DNA of 63,758 bases, counting the filler, from Globobulimina sp. (taxonomy: Eukaryota): the NCBI GenBank assembly GCA_003354225.1. It is 17 parts of 17 records of this genome, joined end to end, with 100 filler letters (N's around TTAATTAATTAA, not from the genome) between each part and the next. Parts side by side here need not be neighbours in the genome. Positions count along the whole stretch, not along the records: positions 56,353 to 60,005 come from PIVH01002319.1; positions 60,106 to 63,758 come from PIVH01002320.1; 15 more parts are not named here. One strand, 5' to 3'. A model generated the notes under the pieces. That model ran no database searches. It saw nothing but the letters and a program-made list of their open reading frames with translations, and was not told the DNA's origin. Both the position numbers and the translations under genes were made by a program. Below, piece after piece: positions 57,450 through 63,758 of this stretch; the first letter of the stretch is position 1, and each line of letters opens with the position of its first letter.

Positions 57450-58287
57450 TGACCCATTCATAGTGTATTTCTAGACAGTCTTTTTTATTGTAATTGCTTT
57501 TATTCAAATAATGTTCAAATCTGAACTTTGAAGATTGCATCAATTTTTTGGTGTATTGAGAGTCAGACAAATTTATCTTCTTTAGTTGTATCAATAGATT
57601 TGCTACAAAATCCATTGCTTTTGTGATTGTTTGACTTTTCTTGATATAATTCCGAACTCCATCACCGTTGTACCATTGTAACATGTCATCATTTGCTTGA
57701 TTTACGCGAATATCCAATATTATCCATTTTAAGACATCATTAAATTTTATTTCTTCATCGGTTATTAACTGTGCTAATAATGCAGCGCAATATATATTAA
57801 TTTGTGGATCATCCGTTTCTGCACAATTATAATTTGACAAATATTCTACAAAGCAGTCATCCAACTCTTTGGATACAATAATATAATCGTCCAATAATAG
57901 TGGTATTAAATCGGAAAGTTTCTCTGTTTGACGGCAAGAAATCGATCGATGTACCAATTTGTTTAAAAATAATGCACGATCTGATATTTTAAACTTTGTC
58001 ATTTGTTTCATAAATATTATTCTGTTTGATTTATTGCTGAAATAATCTTTCATTAATCTGTCAAACTTATCATCTGTTAATTTCTTGCCTTCACTACATG
58101 GCCGCATTATAATTGTAATTGGCCGGCTCCATCTCGTATATCCTGATTCATAATGACACCAAAAATAACACAAACAAATATCAAAAATATCCGTTGCTAT
58201 AATGTATGTTTCTAATTGACGCTCAATTCTGTGAATAAATCCGTCCACCAAAAAGTATTGTTTCATATATGATAAAGATTCGGACAT
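57400..58287 (-). CDS. Hypothetical helical protein, possibly MA3-like
   Basis: 295-aa ORF. DDPQINIYCAALLAQLI weakly resembles MA3 (eIF4G/PDCD4) helices. Confidence 0.6.
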   Translation of the reverse strand: MSESLSYMKQYFLVDGFIHRIERQLETYIIATDIFDICLCYFWCHYESGYTRWSRPITIIMRPCSEGKKLTDDKFDRLMKDYFSNKSNRIIFMKQMTKFKISDRALFLNKLVHRSISCRQTEKLSDLIPLLLDDYIIVSKELDDCFVEYLSNYNCAETDDPQINIYCAALLAQLITDEEIKFNDVLKWIILDIRVNQANDDMLQWYNGDGVRNYIKKSQTITKAMDFVANLLIQLKKINLSDSQYTKKLMQSSKFRFEHYLNKSNYNKKDCLEIHYEWVIKYQLQFAFALIHFVA

Positions 58288-58345
58288 TCTCTCTCATTTC
58301 AGTACTGACACTGTTTTACTTTGGCTAGAAAAAAGTGGACTTATG

Positions 58346-58524
58346 GATGACTAGCTCACTTCAAGAAAATCTTTATATCAGGGTTCTCACCTCATAGGCG
58401 ACAGTGCAAGGATAGATTTTTCCAGGATTCTAGCATATGAAAGAAGAGACAAATCCATGCAATAAAGGTCGTCTATGAGGTGAGAACCCTGATATTAAGA
58501 TTTTCTTCAAGTGAGCTAGTCATC
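58346..58524. repeat. Long inverted repeat, 57-bp arms and 65-nt loop, between divergent genes
   Basis: 58346-58402 pairs with 58468-58524 at 54 of 57 positions; one of the three mismatches is G-U compatible. Confidence 0.93.
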
Positions 58525-58686
58525 ACCAGTCCATCGATGAACAGTGTGAGCTAACTGAAGTGTATTTTTGATGAAGACTGAAGTGTAGAAATTTGCAAGA
58601 TGAGATGAAGACTGAAGAGGCAACCAATCGGATCTGGTTTTCTATTATTAGAGCTGGTTTTCATCTTAACTGTACAGTACAGTATC

Positions 58687-60005
58687 ATGTCTGACTCTTC
58701 ACGGAAGCGAAATCGAAGTTGGCGAGAGAAATACACATCGACTACATCACGCACTTCGTCATCAAGATGGGGTCAAAAGAAAGATGAAATCGGCTCACCA
58801 CATGTACACAAAAAGCATAAATCGCATTATGGACCGACTCGTTTTACATCATCATCAAATAAATCAAACACAAACTCAAATGTATTTATGAAACCAAGTG
58901 CAAATTTAACATCGTTGGAACGCGATGGTCATAGAGATAATGCACTAATTACTTATAATGCGAATCACAACAAAGGAATGGATATTCAACGTCGCACATT
59001 ACCAATTTATAAACACAGAGACGAGATATTATATTCTGTGGAAACCTATCGATGCACAATTATTGTGGGCGAGACAGGCAGTGGCAAAACAACACAAATA
59101 CCGCAATATTTATATGAGTCTGGATGGACAGCAAATAATCGAATGATATGTTGTACGCAACCACGACGTATTTCGACTGTATCCATTGCCCACAGAGTGG
59201 CCAAAGAAATGAATAACGATAAAATTGGCAATACTGTTGGCTATGCAATCCGTTTCGACTCCAAACTATCCATAAACACAAGGCTTAAATTCTTAACTGA
59301 TGGCATGTTATTATCCGAGTTATTAATCGATCCACTATTATCTCAATATTCTGTCATTATTTTAGACGAAGCGCATGAAAGAAGTATAAACATTGACTTA
59401 TTATTAGGTTTACTCAAGAAAATATTAAAAATTCGACTCGATTTGCGGCTAATTATATCGTCTGCGACCATGGATGCTGTCAAATTCAAACAGTTCTTCG
59501 CATTGAATGACAACAGTAACGACGCGCATATCTTATGTGTGGAGGGCAGGACCTATCCCGTTGAAATATTTTATTTGTCGCAAACTTGCCGCAATTATCG
59601 AGCAGCTGCAATCGACACTGTGCTCAATATCCATCTCAGCAAACCAATGGGGGATATTTTAGTATTTTTAACTGGCGAGGCCGAGATAATGGAAGCATGC
59701 CAAGAATGCGAGAATAAGCTCGCAAATGTCTCAGACACAAATATATTAATATTGCCAATGTACGCCGGTCTAAGTTTCAGTGCGCAGTTAAAAGTATTTC
59801 GTGGCACCAACAAGAATGTTCGCAAAGTGATATTTGCGACCAACATCGCAGAAACCTCGATAACTATCCACGGCATTGTCTATGTCGTTGACTGTGGCTT
59901 CGTGAAACTGCCTTCCTTCGACCCGCTGTCTGGCGTTTCCTCTTTGTTTGTATCGCCAATATCGAAGGCATGCTCCAATCAACGCAAAGGCAGAGCGGGG
60001 AGGCT
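58687..60005 (+). CDS. DHX35: DEAH-box RNA helicase, DHX35-like (3' partial)
   Basis: GETGSGKTTQIPQYLYESGW, TQPRR, TDGML, DEAHER, SAT, ATNIAETSIT and QRKGRAGR. Confidence 0.85.
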
Positions 60006-60105
60006 NNNNNNNNNNNNNNNNNNNNNNNNNNNNNNNNNNNNNNNNNNNNTTAATTAATTAANNNNNNNNNNNNNNNNNNNNNNNNNNNNNNNNNNNNNNN
60101 NNNNN

Positions 60106-60671
60106 TGGACGAGTTCGGTCGCGATGGGTTCTTCTAAATCCATTGCATTGTTCAATATCACAAGGTTGCAAACGATTGGTAATGAATTCGAATTCTTTTT
60201 CATCAAAATGGTTTTGTGTTAAATGCAAATAATCATTCAATACTTGAGATATATTCATGCCATCAACATTTTCTTTATTCACATGGCATTGTCGGTATAT
60301 ATTCATTGCTTTCTGCAGATTCATTAAATGATGACAATTTGCAACAAAACCTTCTGTACAAAAACGGTGATCTTCGCTATCGCTTTGACACTCCACCTGA
60401 AGCATTGCGCATTTATTACAAAGATCGAATTGATACTCATGTTCAACCGTCATATCACCACTATTTTTACAATGCCAAACAATGTCATTACCACTGTGCA
60501 AAGTACCACAATCATCACATTCCACTCCAAGTGAATCTGCACCAAAATTGTTGCATCTGTTTGTACTAAAACTGCATCACACACACAAACAGGAACATTG
60601 TTGCTATCATCACCAGAGGATCCTTGCAATGACACTTGTGATGCTTTATTGGTTGTTAAACAAGTTCCCAT
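60106..60671 (-). CDS. Hypothetical Cys-rich protein (3' partial)
   Basis: Overlapping minus-strand ORFs with CxxC...HC...DLC..C zinc-binding-like motifs. Start and exon structure uncertain. Confidence 0.5.
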
Positions 60672-61250
60672 GACCAGACCGAATATTTTTTGATCCAAAA
60701 ACAGCTTAAAAAAATCTTTCTGTTCGAGTTGACAATTACCGTTATTTTGGTGATCGGATGAATCCTGTGGTCAGCGAACATAAAGATGGAAAAAAACATG
60801 AACTATTATCATGATAATGTATAACAAACAATACATTCATTTAATTTCATTATCTATTATTATAATAAGTATTAGTAACTGCTATATTTATTACTGCACC
60901 AAATTTCGGCACAATCTATGAACACGATCGGTGATCACCATATTATTGTTCATAATTTCCCATAAAACAATGTTAATATGGATCATTTTACTTATACGTT
61001 ATGCCAGTGATTATCATATTATGTTTTCAAAATAGTTCTAACAACATCGTGTGCAACAAAGATTGATTACTGACACCTATCGCACTGCAGTCACAACTAT
61101 TGGCCTAATTTTCATGCATTGTGGTGATCGGACTTCACCACAATAAGACATTTAATACATTGATTTGTAATAGTAATTATATCATATTTATCAAAATCCA
61201 TATCATTTGTTGTGGATGAAATTGCAACGTTTAATTCGATACAAGAGTTA

Positions 61251-63311
61251 TTAGATAGGGTTATCAGAGTTATTTTGTTTAGTTGTTTTTTGTTGAGAAA
61301 AATCAAGATTCTGCGCATTTGTTTCCTTTAATAACATGGCCGATATAATTGCTGCAACAACAGACACCGGAATTATTATGAGAGCATAATCATAATCAGA
61401 TGTGGTATATATCCTATCCCCATCCTCGTTTGTTTCGCCATTTCTTTTCGCCCACATAATATCAAGCATTTCTCCAATAAACAAGTTACCAACAAATCCG
61501 GCAGTCATTTGCAATGTATTTATGAGCCCGGCAGCAGCATCTTTGCATTGATAATATGCATTGTATTCTCTTTGCAACGACCACATTAACCCCCAGGTTC
61601 CAGCACCAATTCCAGAAATTAAATTTAATCCAACCACAAATATTAACATTGTTGATCCATTTAACAAATAAATAATGAGCACAGTGCATATCCATAGCAT
61701 TGATCCAATCACTAAAAATATTTTACGTTTCTCAAATTGCATTGCGAGTTTACCAAAAATTGGACCACTCACAGCACTCGATAAGAAAAACCCTCCTGAT
61801 ATTAAAGTCGCACTTTCCCGGTCATAGCCAAACTTTATCATCAAATAGCTTATAAACCACATACCTGTTTATTTATAAACGGCTGAGTATATGATCAAAA
61901 ATGTCGGAGCCATCACGACTTTTGCATACCACAAATTATTTGCTTCTTTGGTTTGTGGGATCGATGGCTTCGAAATTTTGCAATCATATAAGCAACCATT
62001 AAATGAATTGCCCAAAACCACCGCACTGAAGCCCCAGAACGACAATAACCAATTCCATTTCAGACAAAATGCTCTTTTGAGTGATTGTTTCCGTTCATAG
62101 AGTATAGTCACAACAGTGTTAGATTCATCAGTCATAATATTTGACAATAAATGTGTTTCATCATTCTTTAATTTATGCGAACTTACATAATCAATTAAAA
62201 CAACAGATTTTGGAACTAATATTATATGATTTAAAAATGGCAAAGCTTTTCGGAGAGGCATTGATTGTTTGGTTGTAATGCAGATACCGTCAAATGGCAA
62301 ATTATACCGCCAGATTTAATTGCTGATAATTGGCAAGAAACGCGAAATACGTACGGCAAACCTTAAAGAGGAGGTCTGTCCTTGTACCAATACCATTAGT
62401 TTGCAACCACAATATGGACAAATAGAAACAATAGACGGTCATATGACGCTATACTGTCAGCTGCAGATAGAAACAATATAAGGTCAAATAGAAACAGTAT
62501 TTGTAGACTTGCGAATGTTTGCAGTATATTGTTTCAGTTGTACATACAACCTGGTTTTAGATTTATTGCATGGCTCTGAAAATTTTGCCATATTTGTATC
62601 GTATGCCCTCCGGAATGTTTTGTCAATGAAAAAATCAAAAGTTCAAAAAGATGTTGGTTTAATTAATACGTACCACGATGTTAATTGTGTATGTCCACTA
62701 AAACTATGTTCATATTCTTTAATTGAATTAATATCATGACAGCAGAGTAATACACAAAATAGAATGGCGGTAAATATGGAAATACAACCCAAAGCCATAA
62801 ATATGGATCTCCAGTCATCGAATTGAGCATAAATCAATGCTTGAATATAATTGCCTAAAAACACACCAACGTAAGACAAAAACAGTTGTACTCCCATAAC
62901 AAATGGAAATTGTGCTCTCGTGAACATATCATCCAAAATAGACATGACACATAAAAATAAAGGCGCTTGAGTTAGACCACCGAGTGATGATAAAATTGTT
63001 GCATAATTAATTGTGGTCGAAAAAGAAAATAAAATGCTCGAACAGCCAAATAACAGAGATGCGATTGGTAATACATATTTTGCCGGAATAAATTGTAACA
63101 TTATACCGGATGGTATTTGCGCTGCAAAATAAAATAAGTGAATAAATGATCCTAATGTACCAACTCCTTTTGCTGTTGTCTTCAAATCATGTTCTAAAAC
63201 ATCAATAATTGGTGCTATGCTAACGCGAAAGAAAAACCCATTAAAGTATATCACGAAAGTTATAAAGAATATGGTTAATTTATAACAACTCGGCAAACCA
63301 CAAAATGCCAT
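61251..63311 (-). CDS. MFS transporter, spliced
   Basis: N-half (FFRVSIAPI, YFAAQIPSG) in 62643-63311 and C-half (GPIFGKLAMQFEKRK, AAGLIN, LLKET) in 61251-61862. A middle exon near 61996-62215 is bounded by GT-AG introns. Confidence 0.88.
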
Positions 63312-63758
63312 GCCAAATAAGTCGGAATAATTAAAAATTTACAAAAAAAAGCAGTTGGGGCAAATTACTCCTCTGAATATGAAACAACATATATACATAC
63401 AAACAGTGTTATTTATAACTTATAATTATGACCTTATCCTACAATTTAAAATATATAAGTACAACTTCTCTTTGTGATCACAATTTAAGGATTATGAAGC
63501 TTGCGACTGGATATTATCATTCATTGTGCCTGGATTTTTATGGTGTTGCGGGAATAATGATTATGAACAGCTGGGTTTAGGTTAATTAGCACTGTTTTAA
63601 TTTTTATATATGCATTTGTGTATATTTAGGTCACTGAAAACAAATTGACTACTGCCAACTAACTTTTTCTTAGCTACTAATACTTCTCAACTTAAAAAGC
63701 ACTTAGTCAATTGCCTGCTGGGAGCGTGGATTAATTAAAAGTACTCATCCCACTCCTC

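Noticed and set aside
3660-60105. Regularly spaced TTAATTAATTAA palindromes as a biological repeat or array
   Set aside because: They are always centred in N-runs of fixed length, so they are artificial six-frame-stop contig linkers.
63470-63640. C/D-box snoRNA
   Set aside because: No exact RTGATGA box paired with a CTGA box and a terminal stem was found.
1-63758. A multi-gene system spanning the window, such as PPR-DYW plus deaminase plus helicase plus RNase
   Set aside because: The genes lie on separate contigs that are adjacent only because of length sorting.

Overview
This window is not one locus. It is 17 unrelated contigs of 3653-3659 bp, sorted by length and joined by artificial 100-bp spacers (N44-TTAATTAATTAA-N44), so gene neighbourhood means nothing across spacers. 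Most contigs are AT-rich, gene-dense eukaryotic DNA in the standard code with short GT-AG introns. The gene families (PPR, RING-like/SPRY, ART-like, PT-repeat surface proteins, SH2) suggest a foraminiferan or other rhizarian protist; this is inferred, not proven. Recognisable genes: a PLS-type PPR protein with a DYW-like deaminase domain, LIS1, DHX35, enolase (3' half), RNase T2, serine carboxypeptidase S10, a cytochrome-b5 fatty acid desaturase, a GT60 GlcNAc transferase, a GH18-like protein, TMEM205, TMEM53-like, a CAMK-like kinase, CAP-Gly, PH, SAP and MFS genes. One contig is a nest of transposon remnants. Two contigs switch abruptly to foreign-looking DNA: a virus-like dCMP deaminase plus histidine phosphatase block, and a bacterial sugar dehydrogenase fragment. 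Both could be amplification chimeras. Best leads: the plant-style PPR-DYW RNA-editing factor, a betaine-binding-protein/EGF/class-C GPCR fusion, a membrane-anchored RelA/SpoT-like enzyme with 11-mer repeats, a STAT-like linker-SH2 protein, several long unrelated intergenic hairpins, and a foldback element with a 5-bp target-site duplication inside TMEM53. All family calls come from motif recognition by eye; no searches were run.
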